This document shows, piece after piece, positions 37,119-46,719 of a DNA stretch of 64,000 nucleotides. The DNA comes from Minisyncoccota bacterium (GTDB lineage Bacteria; Patescibacteriota; Minisyncoccia; UBA6257; 2-01-FULL-56-20): positions 209,677 through 273,676 of the forward strand of contig DATJLR010000002.1 in the NCBI GenBank assembly GCA_035509435.1. Reading direction: 5' to 3'. The position numbers and the translations under genes were made by a program. The stretch's first letter is position 1, and every line of letters starts with the position of its first letter. The notes beneath the pieces were generated by a model that did no database searches, was not told where the DNA came from, and saw only the letters and a program-made list of their open reading frames with translations.

Positions 37119-39029
37119 GTGATGAGAAAGAAAAAGACCGATATTCCGTTCGAGGAATCGCTGAACGACGACTGGAGCCATGACCTCAATATGGTGGAAG
37201 TGCCGCTCGGTTCGCGCCCGCTTGTCGTCCTCGGCGGCGTGATCATCGCGATCGCGCTTGTCGTCCTCGGGCGCGTCGTCTACCTCAACGTGAAGTATGG
37301 CGGATACTATGCCGCGCGCGCGGAGGACAATGCCACGGCCGCGCAGGCAACTCCCGCGCCGCGCGGCATCATCTACGATGCCGAGGGAGATCCGCTCGTC
37401 GAGAACAAGGCGGTGTTCGATGCGGTGCTGAACGCGCGCCTTTTCATTTCGGACCCCGCCACGCAGAGCTCAACGCTCGCGGAAGCGCAAAGCATCCTCG
37501 GCGTCCCGTCGTCCACGGTGTGGTCATTGCTCAACCAAAGCGAGGCGCAGGATTTTTCCACGCCGGTGGTGCTCGCGCAAAATCTCGACCAGGGCCAGCT
37601 CGTAAACCTGCAGGCGCTCGGCAGTTCCACCATAGAAGTGCAAAGCAGTTTTGAGCGCTCCTACCCCGACGGGCCGGTGTTCTCGTCGGTCGTCGGCTAT
37701 GTGGGACAGGTGAGCCAGACAGACCTTGCGGCCGATCCGAAGCTCACGGCCACCGACCTTGTCGGGAAGGCCGGCATCGAAGAGGAATATGATACGACGC
37801 TTCAGGGCACGCCGGGAGTGAGCATCAAGTTCGCCAATGCGCAAGGCACGGTGCTCGGCGAGACCCAGGAATCCGCGCCGACCGTCGGAGGGTCCGTGCA
37901 TCTTACGATCGACGGCGGATTGCAGACCGAGCTGTATGACGCAATTCAGAACGAGCTGGCGGTCCTCAACCGCCAAGTGGGCGTCGGCCTTGCCATCAAC
38001 CCGCAGACGGGCGCCGTGCTCGCGCTCGTGAATCTGCCCGGCTTCGATAACAACGCTTTTTCCGATCCGGCGAGCAACACGGCGGAGATCGAAAATTATC
38101 TCACGTCTCCCGACAAGCCGCTCTTCAACCGCATCATCTCCGGGCAATACCAGCCGGGTTCCACGATCAAGCCGCTCGACGGCGTCGCGGCGCTGAAGGA
38201 GGGGATCATCACACCGGACACGACGCTCTATTCGCCGGGATATCTTATGGTGCCCAACCCGTATGATCCCTCGTCGCCCACGAAATATGCCGACTGGGAG
38301 CCGCACGGCTATATCAACCTCGCGGCCGCGCTCGCGCAATCGTCGGACGTCTACTTCTATATCGTCGGCGGCGGATCGCCGGCATACACCACGCCGCCGC
38401 TCAACAATTCGGTTGATTACGGCATCACGGGGCTCGGGCCCGCGCAGCTTTATCAATGGTGGCAGACGTTCGGACTTGGCACAAAGACCGGCATCGATCT
38501 GCCGGGCGAAGCGGCGGGATTCTTGCCGACGCCCGCCTGGTGGAGCACAGTCTCCACGCGGCCATGGTCGCTCGGCGACACCTATAACGTCTCGATCGGC
38601 CAGGGATCGCTCGCGGTCACGCCGCTCCAGCTCCTCAGCTATATCGACGCGATCGCGAACGGCGGCACGGTCTATCAGCCGTTCCTTAATGCGAGCACGA
38701 CGCCGCACGTTACGGCCGACCTGACGGACCTCCTTCCGCAGATCCAGGATGTCCAGCAGGGCATGCTCGAGGCCGTGACGTCGCCGCAGGGTACGGCATA
38801 CACGATGCACGGCCTTCCGGCACAGGCGTGCGCAAAGACCGGCAGCGCGCAGGTACAGAACAACCAGGAGGAGAACGCCCTCTTCGTCGGATATTTTCCG
38901 TGCAATGATCCGCAGATCGCGCTGCTCATCCTCATTGAAAATTCCAAGCAGGGAAGCCTGAACGCGGTTCCTATCGCAAACAATGTCCTTGATTGGTATT
39001 ATAATAACAGGATGGCCACGGGGAAGTGA
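37119..39029 (+). CDS. mrdA: penicillin-binding protein 2 (peptidoglycan D,D-transpeptidase)
   Basis: Transpeptidase STIK (SxxK) motif. Follows mreBCD. Confidence 0.9.
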   Translation: MMRKKKTDIPFEESLNDDWSHDLNMVEVPLGSRPLVVLGGVIIAIALVVLGRVVYLNVKYGGYYAARAEDNATAAQATPAPRGIIYDAEGDPLVENKAVFDAVLNARLFISDPATQSSTLAEAQSILGVPSSTVWSLLNQSEAQDFSTPVVLAQNLDQGQLVNLQALGSSTIEVQSSFERSYPDGPVFSSVVGYVGQVSQTDLAADPKLTATDLVGKAGIEEEYDTTLQGTPGVSIKFANAQGTVLGETQESAPTVGGSVHLTIDGGLQTELYDAIQNELAVLNRQVGVGLAINPQTGAVLALVNLPGFDNNAFSDPASNTAEIENYLTSPDKPLFNRIISGQYQPGSTIKPLDGVAALKEGIITPDTTLYSPGYLMVPNPYDPSSPTKYADWEPHGYINLAAALAQSSDVYFYIVGGGSPAYTTPPLNNSVDYGITGLGPAQLYQWWQTFGLGTKTGIDLPGEAAGFLPTPAWWSTVSTRPWSLGDTYNVSIGQGSLAVTPLQLLSYIDAIANGGTVYQPFLNASTTPHVTADLTDLLPQIQDVQQGMLEAVTSPQGTAYTMHGLPAQACAKTGSAQVQNNQEENALFVGYFPCNDPQIALLILIENSKQGSLNAVPIANNVLDWYYNNRMATGK

Positions 39030-39070
39030 CATTCTCCATGATCGGTTCCAATGCCATTCAATAAAAATCA

Positions 39071-40060
39071 ATGAGCGAATTAAGGCAGGATCTTGCGTCG
39101 GGGGATTGGGTGCTGATCGCGCCGGGGCGCGCCGCGCGGCCGAAGTTTTTGGACAAAAAAAAGCAGCCGCGGAAGCCGTCGCCGAGCTCCACCTGCCCGT
39201 TCGAGGATCTTCGCGCGAGCGGCAACTGGCCGCCGGAGCTCGTCTATCCCGACGAGCGCCATTGGAAGGTAGCGGTGATCCCCAACAAGTATCCGGCGAT
39301 CGAGCGCGGCGCGGCGTGCTCCGTGCCGTTCCGGCATGGCATCTATCACGCGCGCACCGCGGTGGGCACGCACAGCCTGCTCGTCACGCGGGACCATAAC
39401 CGGCACTTCGTGGACCTTTCTGACGCCGAGGCGGCGAAAGTGTTCGAGGTGCTCCAGGCGATGCATCGCATGGCCGCCGCCGATGAATGCGCCGCGTATG
39501 TCTCGTCGTTCTATAATTACGGGGCCGACGCCGGCGCGTCAGTGTGGCATCCGCATTACCAGATCATGTCGCTTCCGATAATCCCGCCGCATAACGTGCG
39601 CTCCCTTCGCGGCGCGAACGAATATTTCAAAAAATTCGGACGGTGCGTGCGGTGCGACATCATCAAAGTGGAACGCCGCAAGCGCGTGCGCGTCGTCGCG
39701 GAGAACGAGCATGCGATCGCGATCGCGCCATACGCGTCGCGCCGCCCCTTCGAGGTAAGCGTACTTCCCAAGAAGCACTGGCCGTCGTTCCGCGAGACGC
39801 CGCCGGCGGCCGTGCGTGGCATCGCGCTTGCGCTCCGTTCGGCGCTGCGCGGGATGAAGCGGCATATCGGCGATCCGGACCTGAACTTCTTTGTGCATGA
39901 CACGCCGCTCGACCATAAAGACTACCGCCACCATCACTGGCACATCGAAGCGATCCCGAAGACGAGCTATGAGGCGGGATTCGAATTCTCCACGCGGATC
40001 GACATCAATGTAGTGGATCCGGACAATGCCGCCGCGATCCTTCGCGGAAAAAGATCATGA
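39071..40060 (+). CDS. galactose-1-phosphate uridylyltransferase family (HIT-like) protein
   Basis: GalT-type HPHxQ motif (WHPHYQIM) and a CxxC zinc motif. Confidence 0.6.
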   Translation: MSELRQDLASGDWVLIAPGRAARPKFLDKKKQPRKPSPSSTCPFEDLRASGNWPPELVYPDERHWKVAVIPNKYPAIERGAACSVPFRHGIYHARTAVGTHSLLVTRDHNRHFVDLSDAEAAKVFEVLQAMHRMAAADECAAYVSSFYNYGADAGASVWHPHYQIMSLPIIPPHNVRSLRGANEYFKKFGRCVRCDIIKVERRKRVRVVAENEHAIAIAPYASRRPFEVSVLPKKHWPSFRETPPAAVRGIALALRSALRGMKRHIGDPDLNFFVHDTPLDHKDYRHHHWHIEAIPKTSYEAGFEFSTRIDINVVDPDNAAAILRGKRS

Positions 40061-40398
40061 TAAAAAAGATCGTAAAGTACCGCACCGTCAGCCTGCTTTT
40101 CCTTGCTTCGTTCGCGTTCGCAGCGTCGGGGTTCTTCTGGGCGTGGGTGGCGCTCGCCCCATCCTCCGGCCCGCTCATCCTGCACTTCAATGATATGGGT
40201 GGCATCACCGCCACCGGCACCTTTGCGACCTTTCTCCTGATGGGGATCCTCGGCATCGCTATCGTTATTATGAACTTCGTGATCGCGCTCGGCCTGGAGG
40301 AACGCGACCGGATACTCGGCAAGATCGTCGCCGTGCTGACGCTCGTCATGGCCATCTTGCTTTTTCTCGCCTTCGCGGCTATAATCAAAGTCAATTAA
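40057..40398 (+). CDS. hypothetical small membrane protein
   Basis: 113-aa ORF with 3 TM helices. Its start overlaps the stop of the preceding gene. Confidence 0.45.
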   Translation: MIKKIVKYRTVSLLFLASFAFAASGFFWAWVALAPSSGPLILHFNDMGGITATGTFATFLLMGILGIAIVIMNFVIALGLEERDRILGKIVAVLTLVMAILLFLAFAAIIKVN

Positions 40399-40423
40399 AA
40401 GGCATTATATAAGCATTAAAACC

Positions 40424-40738
40424 ATGGCAAATGATTTTGCGGTGATCGAGACGGGCGGCAAGCAATACCGGGTATCCGCCGGAACCAAGCTTAAGATCGA
40501 AAAGCTCGACGTAAAGCCGGGCGACAAAGTGGTCTTTGACACGGTGCTTTTAACGTCGCTGGGAGACGCGGTCAAAGTGGGCGCGCCGTATGTTGCGGGC
40601 GCAAAGGCAGAGGCAAAAGTGATAGGCGCCGCCCGTGGCAGGAAGGCGATCATTTTCAAATACCATCCAAAAACCCGCAGCCGCAAGAAGAAAGGGCACA
40701 TTCAGGAATACACCGAGATCGAGATCGTAAAAATATAA
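40424..40738 (+). CDS. rplU: 50S ribosomal protein L21
   Basis: FAVIETGGKQYRVSAG…. Confidence 0.9.
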   Translation: MANDFAVIETGGKQYRVSAGTKLKIEKLDVKPGDKVVFDTVLLTSLGDAVKVGAPYVAGAKAEAKVIGAARGRKAIIFKYHPKTRSRKKKGHIQEYTEIEIVKI

Positions 40739-40849
40739 AAAGGCCTATTAGGTATCTCGCTCCAGCGTTGGAACGCCCACTCGCTCAATGCCCAAGGGTA
40801 TTTTTTGTTGTGCGTTAGATGATTCCGTTCCCGTTGTAATATATAAAGC

Positions 40850-41827
40850 ATGAAACAAAGGACACTGGGAGGAAAACTGAAGGTCTCGGAGATCGGACTT
40901 GGCTGCATGGGCATGAGCGAATTTTACGGGAGGGGTGACGAAGGCGAATCGGTGCGCGTCATTCACGCGGCGCTCGACCTTGGAGTGAATTTTTTGGACA
41001 CTGCGGACATGTACGGCCCGTTCACGAACGAGATGCTCGTGGGCCGCGCGATCGGCGACCGGCGCGGCAAAGTGGTGCTTGCGACCAAGTTCGGTAATGA
41101 GCGCGGGCCGAACGGTGAACGTCTCGGCGTGAACGGACGGCCGGAATACGTCCGCGCCGCGTGTGACGCGAGCTTAAAGCGCCTTGGCGTGGATCATATC
41201 GACCTCTATTATCAGCACCGCGTCGACCCAAAGGTGCCGATCGAAGAGACCATCGGCGCAATGGCGGAGCTCGTCACTGCGGGAAAAGTGCGCCACCTCG
41301 GCATGTCCGAGGCCGCGCCCGCGACGATCCGCCGCGCGCACAAAGTGCATCCGATCACCGCGCTCCAGACGGAATATTCGCTCTGGTCCCGTGATCCGGA
41401 AGGCGAGCTCCTCGACACTGTCCGCGAGCTCGGCATCGGTTTCGTGGCATACAGCCCGCTCGGCCGCGGATTCCTGACAGGCCGTTTTGAAAAGCCGGAG
41501 GACATTCCGGAGGGCGATTTCCGCCGGAACCATCCGCGCTTCCAGGGTGAGAATTTTTACAAGAACCTGGAGCTTGTAAAAAAAGTGAAGGAGATCGCCG
41601 TGGAAAAAGATGTGACGCCGGGCCAGCTCGCGCTCGCGTGGGTGCTTGCGCAGGGCAACGACATCGTTCCGATCCCGGGTACCAAGCACGAGGGCTACCT
41701 TCGCGAGAATGTGGAGGCGATGGCCGTCAAGCTCACCAAGAAAGAGCGCGATCGGCTGGACGCCGTGGCACCGAAGGGCAGCACTGCGGGCGCGCGGTAC
41801 GCGGATATGTCCACTGTTGATCGATAG
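40850..41827 (+). CDS. aldo/keto reductase
   Basis: LGCMGMS…[12 protein letters not shown] and the rest of the AKR fold. Confidence 0.9.
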   Translation: MKQRTLGGKLKVSEIGLGCMGMSEFYGRGDEGESVRVIHAALDLGVNFLDTADMYGPFTNEMLVGRAIGDRRGKVVLATKFGNERGPNGERLGVNGRPEYVRAACDASLKRLGVDHIDLYYQHRVDPKVPIEETIGAMAELVTAGKVRHLGMSEAAPATIRRAHKVHPITALQTEYSLWSRDPEGELLDTVRELGIGFVAYSPLGRGFLTGRFEKPEDIPEGDFRRNHPRFQGENFYKNLELVKKVKEIAVEKDVTPGQLALAWVLAQGNDIVPIPGTKHEGYLRENVEAMAVKLTKKERDRLDAVAPKGSTAGARYADMSTVDR

Positions 41828-41830
41828 CGG

Positions 41831-42079
41831 GTGTGGTATAATGAATGCATGGATATATTAAACACGGGTGGTGCGGGGCTTGCGTCGTTCGGGCCGTGGT
41901 TGCTGGTGCTTATCGTGTGGAGCTTATTCTGGAAAGGTCTTGCGCTCTGGCATTCCGGCCGCCGCGGTGAGCCGTGGTGGTTCGTGATCATGCTTGTGAT
42001 CAACACCGTCGGCATCCTGGAGATCATTTATCTCTTCGCCGTGTGCAAGCTGAAGTTCGGGGAACTGTTCAAGAAATAA
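41831..42079 (+). CDS. hypothetical small membrane protein
   Basis: 82-aa ORF with 2 TM helices. Confidence 0.4.
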   Translation: MWYNECMDILNTGGAGLASFGPWLLVLIVWSLFWKGLALWHSGRRGEPWWFVIMLVINTVGILEIIYLFAVCKLKFGELFKK

Positions 42080-42091
42080 AAAGACCATAAA

Positions 42092-42127
42092 AACGGCGGG
42101 GCGAAATCGTCCGGTCGTTTTTTGTTT
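42092..42127. terminator. bidirectional intrinsic terminator
   Basis: ACGGCGGGGCG-AAAT-CGTCCGGTCGT followed by TTTTTGTTTTG. Confidence 0.5.
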
Positions 42128-42136
42128 TGACACTTT

Positions 42137-43654
42137 TTAATTTATATCAAAGACATCCGTGTTCGGCGTTTCTGCCGGGATGCTGCTTGTTTGGTTCGGC
42201 AGAAGGTAGTGGATGTTCCGCGCCGCGGCGTCCGCGGCGGTAAAGGAGTGCGTGACGAACATCGTCGTTTCCGCGGGCACGGGGATCCCGCGCGCAAGGA
42301 CGCCGCCCGCGTTCACGACCACATATTTGGGCGTGCTCGTGGGGAGCGCGTTCATCTCATCGCCGATCGTCACGTAGTTCGCGCTGAACGCGCCCGGCAC
42401 ATTCGGATTTTTTGCCCACACCACAAAGTAGTCGTAGTAGCCGAACACGCCGACGACGACGAGCAGGACGATCATGAGCGATTTCGCCGCGTTCGTGTTC
42501 CAGTGTTTTTCGATCAGCCGATAGAGCCACATGCCCGCGAGCGCGGCGAGGATGAGCGCGGGGTCGAGCGCGAGGATGGAGCGCAACGCGTGCGGGATGC
42601 CTTCGTCCGATGCCGCCGCAGGCAGGATCCCGCACGCGAGCCACGCGATGACGAGCAATGTGCCGAAGAGCGGGAACAATTTTTCATCCGCCGCATTCAC
42701 ATATTTTTTACGCCGCCGCCGGACCCAGAAATAGATCACGAGCACGATGCCGAGCAGGAATAGGATCCCCACCGGCAAAAACAGTTCCGGGGCGCCGCTG
42801 ATGTTCTGCCGCCAGTTATAGTCGCCGTGATAGTTGAACATCAAAAGCTCTTTGCCGATGTTCACCGCAAAGTCGTGGACCGGATTCGACGCCGCGGTGA
42901 CGGCGATCTGCGCCGTGCGGCCAAAGAAGCTTCCTGGTGTCGTCGCGAAATACCATCCGATCGGCGCGGCCACGATGAACGTGACAACGATAAAAAGTGC
43001 CGCGCGCTTCCAAAAGCCCGGCATTTTCCGGAAGAAGGGGATAAAGAGCAAGAACAGGAGCGGCGTGATGCGGTAGGCGATATAGGTATAGAATCCCAGG
43101 CCATAAATGACGCCGGCGGCCGCGGCATACCACAGTGCCGCCCTCTTATTGCCGGAGCGGAATGCTTTTGTGATGAGCCACAGCGCCCACACGAGCATGA
43201 GCGGCGCCAGGATCGCGCGGAATCCGATGCGCGAAAAAATAACACCCCAAAAACTGGTGGCGAGCAAAAAAGAAGCGAGCAACCCCGGGCCATTACCAAA
43301 GAGCTCCGCCACGAGCAGATATAATCCCCAGACCGTGAGCACGCCCGCGACGGCCGCGGGCAGGCGCACGATCCACGGCTCGGTAGTAGGCCATACCTTG
43401 AGGACGACCGCCAGGATGTTTATATAGAGCCCTTCGCGGCCGTTGTCTTCCGGATAGAAGACCTTGAAGTGGCCCGTCTCCGCCACTTCCGTGGCGTTGT
43501 TCCCGTTCATCCCTTCATCCGGATAGAGTCCTGGCGGCACGCTCGTGAAATGGTAGAACCGGAGGAAGGTTGCTATAATCAATATACCCGTGAGCAGGGT
43601 ATAACGTTCGGACTTGGACATTCCTTCTATTATATCAAATGGACACCTCGCCAA
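42137..43654 (-). CDS. GT-C fold membrane glycosyltransferase (ArnT/PMT family 39-like)
   Basis: Polytopic 505-aa protein. N-terminus FLRFYHFTSVPPGLYPDEGMN is typical of the ArnT/PMT family. The alternative start at 43621 avoids overlap with the divergent gene. Confidence 0.7.
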   Translation of the reverse strand: MARCPFDIIEGMSKSERYTLLTGILIIATFLRFYHFTSVPPGLYPDEGMNGNNATEVAETGHFKVFYPEDNGREGLYINILAVVLKVWPTTEPWIVRLPAAVAGVLTVWGLYLLVAELFGNGPGLLASFLLATSFWGVIFSRIGFRAILAPLMLVWALWLITKAFRSGNKRAALWYAAAAGVIYGLGFYTYIAYRITPLLFLLFIPFFRKMPGFWKRAALFIVVTFIVAAPIGWYFATTPGSFFGRTAQIAVTAASNPVHDFAVNIGKELLMFNYHGDYNWRQNISGAPELFLPVGILFLLGIVLVIYFWVRRRRKKYVNAADEKLFPLFGTLLVIAWLACGILPAAASDEGIPHALRSILALDPALILAALAGMWLYRLIEKHWNTNAAKSLMIVLLVVVGVFGYYDYFVVWAKNPNVPGAFSANYVTIGDEMNALPTSTPKYVVVNAGGVLARGIPVPAETTMFVTHSFTAADAAARNIHYLLPNQTSSIPAETPNTDVFDIN

Positions 43655-44061
43655 ACTTTGAGAACGCGCTTGAAGCGGATATGAAAACGCTTGCGGCGGA
43701 GATCAAGCGCGCGCAGGAATTAAAAGATGTTAAAAACGCGGCGGGGGTGGAGGTCGTAAAGGAGGCGATCCGGGCGTTCCCGCAACTGGAGCGTTCATCG
43801 AGCAACGGCGTTCCGACGCCGCCCACGCCCGGCGGCGCAGGCGCGCCGACGGATACCAACCCTTTGCCCGCGTACGCGCAGAGCGCGCCGCCCGAGGTCA
43901 AGCTGGAGATCGAGTACCTGATCGATGTCGCGCTGCATAAAGGAATCGCCACCGCCCTCACCGAGTCGCAGAAGTCGCCGTATTTCGTGCAGGACGCGTT
44001 CCACGACGCGCTCGCGGGAAAGTTATATCCCGAATTGCAGCGGCGCGGGGTGGTACAATAA
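43639..44061 (+). CDS. hypothetical protein (140 aa)
   Basis: Helical N-terminus and a Pro-rich linker. It ends 7 nt before the VirD4-like gene. Confidence 0.45.
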   Translation: MDTSPNFENALEADMKTLAAEIKRAQELKDVKNAAGVEVVKEAIRAFPQLERSSSNGVPTPPTPGGAGAPTDTNPLPAYAQSAPPEVKLEIEYLIDVALHKGIATALTESQKSPYFVQDAFHDALAGKLYPELQRRGVVQ

Positions 44062-44067
44062 GATCAC

Positions 44068-46476
44068 ATGGCGGCTTTTTACATCTTTCTCGGCATCGTG
44101 GTCGGAGCAGTCGCCATTGTCGTGATATTTTTTGTCGTCCGCGCCGCGGGGCGCCGTCGCATTTTCGATTCCCTGAGGACCTCGCTTTTTTTGATAAAGG
44201 TCCCCAAAGCTGCGCCGGCGGACCAGGCAAAATCGGGAGGAGGCGAGGGGGGAGATTTCAAGACGGAGATCGCGCACTTTGAGCAGTTGCTCGGAAGCCT
44301 TACGTCGATCAAACGGCCGGTGATCTTCGAGATCGCCGTGCCGCACGTGGGAGAGGAGATCCACTTCTATATCGGTGTGCCGAAACTTTCCGCCGAGACC
44401 GCGATAAAACAGATCCAGGGATTGTGGAACGGCGCGAGCGTGGAGCTCGTCCAGGACGATTTCAACATCTTCAACCCGAACGGCGCGACCGCGGCGGCGT
44501 ACGTCGCCCAGAAGGAAAACGTCGCGTTGCCGGTGAGAACGTACGCGGAACTCGGCGTTGATACTTTTGAATCCATCGTCGGCGCGTTCGCAAAGATCAG
44601 CGAGATCGGGGAAGGCGCGTCGCTCCAGATTCTCCTGCGTCCCGCGCCGAGCGGCTACAAAAAAGAGATCAGCCATCACATCGAATCGCTCAAAAAAGGC
44701 GAGCCGATCAAAAAAGTGCTCGGGCGCGGGATCGCGTCCGGCGTGAGCGTGTCGAACGTCGCCGACGTCTTCAATCCGAAAACAAAAGAGCAGCAGGCGG
44801 AGGAGAAAAGCAATCGCGTGGTGGATGACGAGGCGGTGAAGGCGCTCCAACTGAAGATCGCAAAGCCGCTCTTTGAGGTGAACCTGCGGCTCGTGGCGTC
44901 GGCGGGATCGCCTTTTCAGGCGAACGATATTCTGGATGGCCTCACGGCCGGTTTCAGCCAATTTGGCAGCCCGATGCGCAACGAATTCCGGATCGTAAAG
45001 CCGCGGAATCCAAAGAATATCGTGAATGATTTTATTTACCGCATTTTTGACGGCGGCGAGAAGATGGTGCTCTCGGCCGAGGAGATCGCGAGCATCTACC
45101 ACCTGCCGATCTCGTCCACGGAGACGCCGCGCGTAAAGTGGCTGAAGGCAAAGGAAGCCGCGCCGCCGGAGAATCTGCCCACGAGCGGGATCCTGATCGG
45201 GGACGCGACGTTCCGCGGCACCGCGAAGCCGGTGTATATCACGGACGACGACCGGCGCCGCCACATCTACGTGATCGGACAGACCGGCACCGGTAAATCC
45301 ACGCTGCTCGGCAACATGATCATAGAGGATATCCAGTCGGGCAAGGGGGTCGCGATCATCGATCCGCACGGCGACCTTGTTGAGAACGCGCTCGGCTTCG
45401 TGCCGAAGGAGCGGCTGGATGACGTGATCTATTTCAATCCCGGCGACCTCGAGCGCCCGCTCGGCCTCAATATGATCGATTTCAATCCGGCGCGGCCGGA
45501 GGAGAAGACATTCATCGTGAACGAAATGCAGAGCATCTTCAACAAGCTGTTCTCGCAGGAAACGATGGGCCCGATGTTCGAGCAGTATATGCGCAACGCG
45601 CTGCTCCTTTTGATGGAGGATTCCGCGAACGAACCGGCCACGCTCGTGGAGGTGCCGCGCATATTCACTGACTCGCAGTACCGCACGCGCAAGCTCGCGC
45701 GCATCCATAATCCCGTCGTCATCGACTTCTGGGAAAAGGAGGCCGTCAAAGCCGGCGGCGAAGCGTCGCTCGCGAACATGACGCCGTACATCACCTCAAA
45801 GTTCAATAACTTCATTTCGAACGACTATATGCGGCCGATCATCGGCCAGCCAAAGTCCGCGTTCAACTTCCGCGAGGTGATGGACAGCAAAAAGATCCTG
45901 CTCATCAATCTTTCCAAGGGCAAGATAGGGGACATCAACGCCGGGCTTCTCGGCATGGTCTTCACCGGCAAGATCCTCATGGCCGCGCTCTCGCGCGTGG
46001 ACATCGCGGACGCCGACAAGCGCACCGACTTCAACCTATATATAGATGAGTTCCAGAACTTTACGACCGATTCCATCGCGACGATCCTCTCCGAGGCGCG
46101 CAAATACCGGCTCAACCTCACGATGGCGCACCAGTTCATCGCCCAGCTGGAGGACAAGATCAAGAACGCTGTCTTCGGCAACGTCGGCTCCGAGCTCGTG
46201 TTCCGCGTGGGTGTCCAGGACGCCGAATTCCTCGTAAAGCAGTTCGAGCCCGTGTTCAACCAGAACGATCTCGTGAACATCGACAACCTCAACGCCTATG
46301 CAAAAATTTTGATCAACGGGCAGACGTCAAAACCGTTCAACCTCAAGATCGCCACCACGTCATGGGGCGGCGGCGACAAGGCGCTTGCGGAGAAGCTCAA
46401 AGAATATTCCCGCACCAAGTACGGCCAGGACCGCCAGGTGATCGAAGACGATATCTATAGAAGGTTGAGGGCATAG
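44068..46476 (+). CDS. VirD4/TraG/TraD-like type IV coupling-protein-family ATPase
   Basis: N-terminal TM helix, Walker A GQTGTGKSTLLGN, Walker B LYIDEFQNF and the sensor-like motif EARKYRLNLTMAHQ. Confidence 0.6.
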   Translation: MAAFYIFLGIVVGAVAIVVIFFVVRAAGRRRIFDSLRTSLFLIKVPKAAPADQAKSGGGEGGDFKTEIAHFEQLLGSLTSIKRPVIFEIAVPHVGEEIHFYIGVPKLSAETAIKQIQGLWNGASVELVQDDFNIFNPNGATAAAYVAQKENVALPVRTYAELGVDTFESIVGAFAKISEIGEGASLQILLRPAPSGYKKEISHHIESLKKGEPIKKVLGRGIASGVSVSNVADVFNPKTKEQQAEEKSNRVVDDEAVKALQLKIAKPLFEVNLRLVASAGSPFQANDILDGLTAGFSQFGSPMRNEFRIVKPRNPKNIVNDFIYRIFDGGEKMVLSAEEIASIYHLPISSTETPRVKWLKAKEAAPPENLPTSGILIGDATFRGTAKPVYITDDDRRRHIYVIGQTGTGKSTLLGNMIIEDIQSGKGVAIIDPHGDLVENALGFVPKERLDDVIYFNPGDLERPLGLNMIDFNPARPEEKTFIVNEMQSIFNKLFSQETMGPMFEQYMRNALLLLMEDSANEPATLVEVPRIFTDSQYRTRKLARIHNPVVIDFWEKEAVKAGGEASLANMTPYITSKFNNFISNDYMRPIIGQPKSAFNFREVMDSKKILLINLSKGKIGDINAGLLGMVFTGKILMAALSRVDIADADKRTDFNLYIDEFQNFTTDSIATILSEARKYRLNLTMAHQFIAQLEDKIKNAVFGNVGSELVFRVGVQDAEFLVKQFEPVFNQNDLVNIDNLNAYAKILINGQTSKPFNLKIATTSWGGGDKALAEKLKEYSRTKYGQDRQVIEDDIYRRLRA

Positions 46477-46494
46477 AGGAGTTTGTGGTATAGT
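46465..46494 (+). promoter_or_regulatory. sigma70-like promoter (TTGAGG-N18-TATAGT)
   Basis: Overlaps the last codons of the VirD4-like gene, upstream of the mini-ORF. Confidence 0.35.
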
Positions 46495-46563
46495 AAAGAC
46501 TGCTCCGTAACCTTCCCCAAACCTGCTCAAGGGTGCGGAGACTATCGCATACGAGGTCGCACA

Positions 46564-46647
46564 ATGGTGAGATATGGCGGTTACGACACTCGCGTCGACA
46601 CCTGGGACCTGAACGGTGGCGGCACCAACAAGGGCGGCGGTACCTGA
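46564..46647 (+). CDS. mini-ORF (27 aa, Gly-rich)
   Basis: MVRYGGYDTRVDTWDLNGGGTNKGGGT. A GAGGT SD lies 7 nt upstream and a strong terminator lies downstream. Could equally be an sRNA. Confidence 0.3.
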   Translation: MVRYGGYDTRVDTWDLNGGGTNKGGGT

Positions 46648-46662
46648 TCGCAACAGCGGCTC

Positions 46663-46707
46663 GCGCCGCAGATCCTCCTTAGGGTCTGCGGCGCATATTT
46701 TTTATTT
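46663..46707 (+). terminator. intrinsic terminator
   Basis: GCGCCGCAGATC-CTCCTTA-GGGTCTGCGGCGC followed by ATATTTTTTATTT. Confidence 0.7.
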
Positions 46708-46719
46708 ACATCCCGCGAT

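Noticed and set aside
40739-40849. Expected rpmA (L27) after rplU
   Set aside because: There is no ORF in the 110-bp gap. L27 must be encoded elsewhere.
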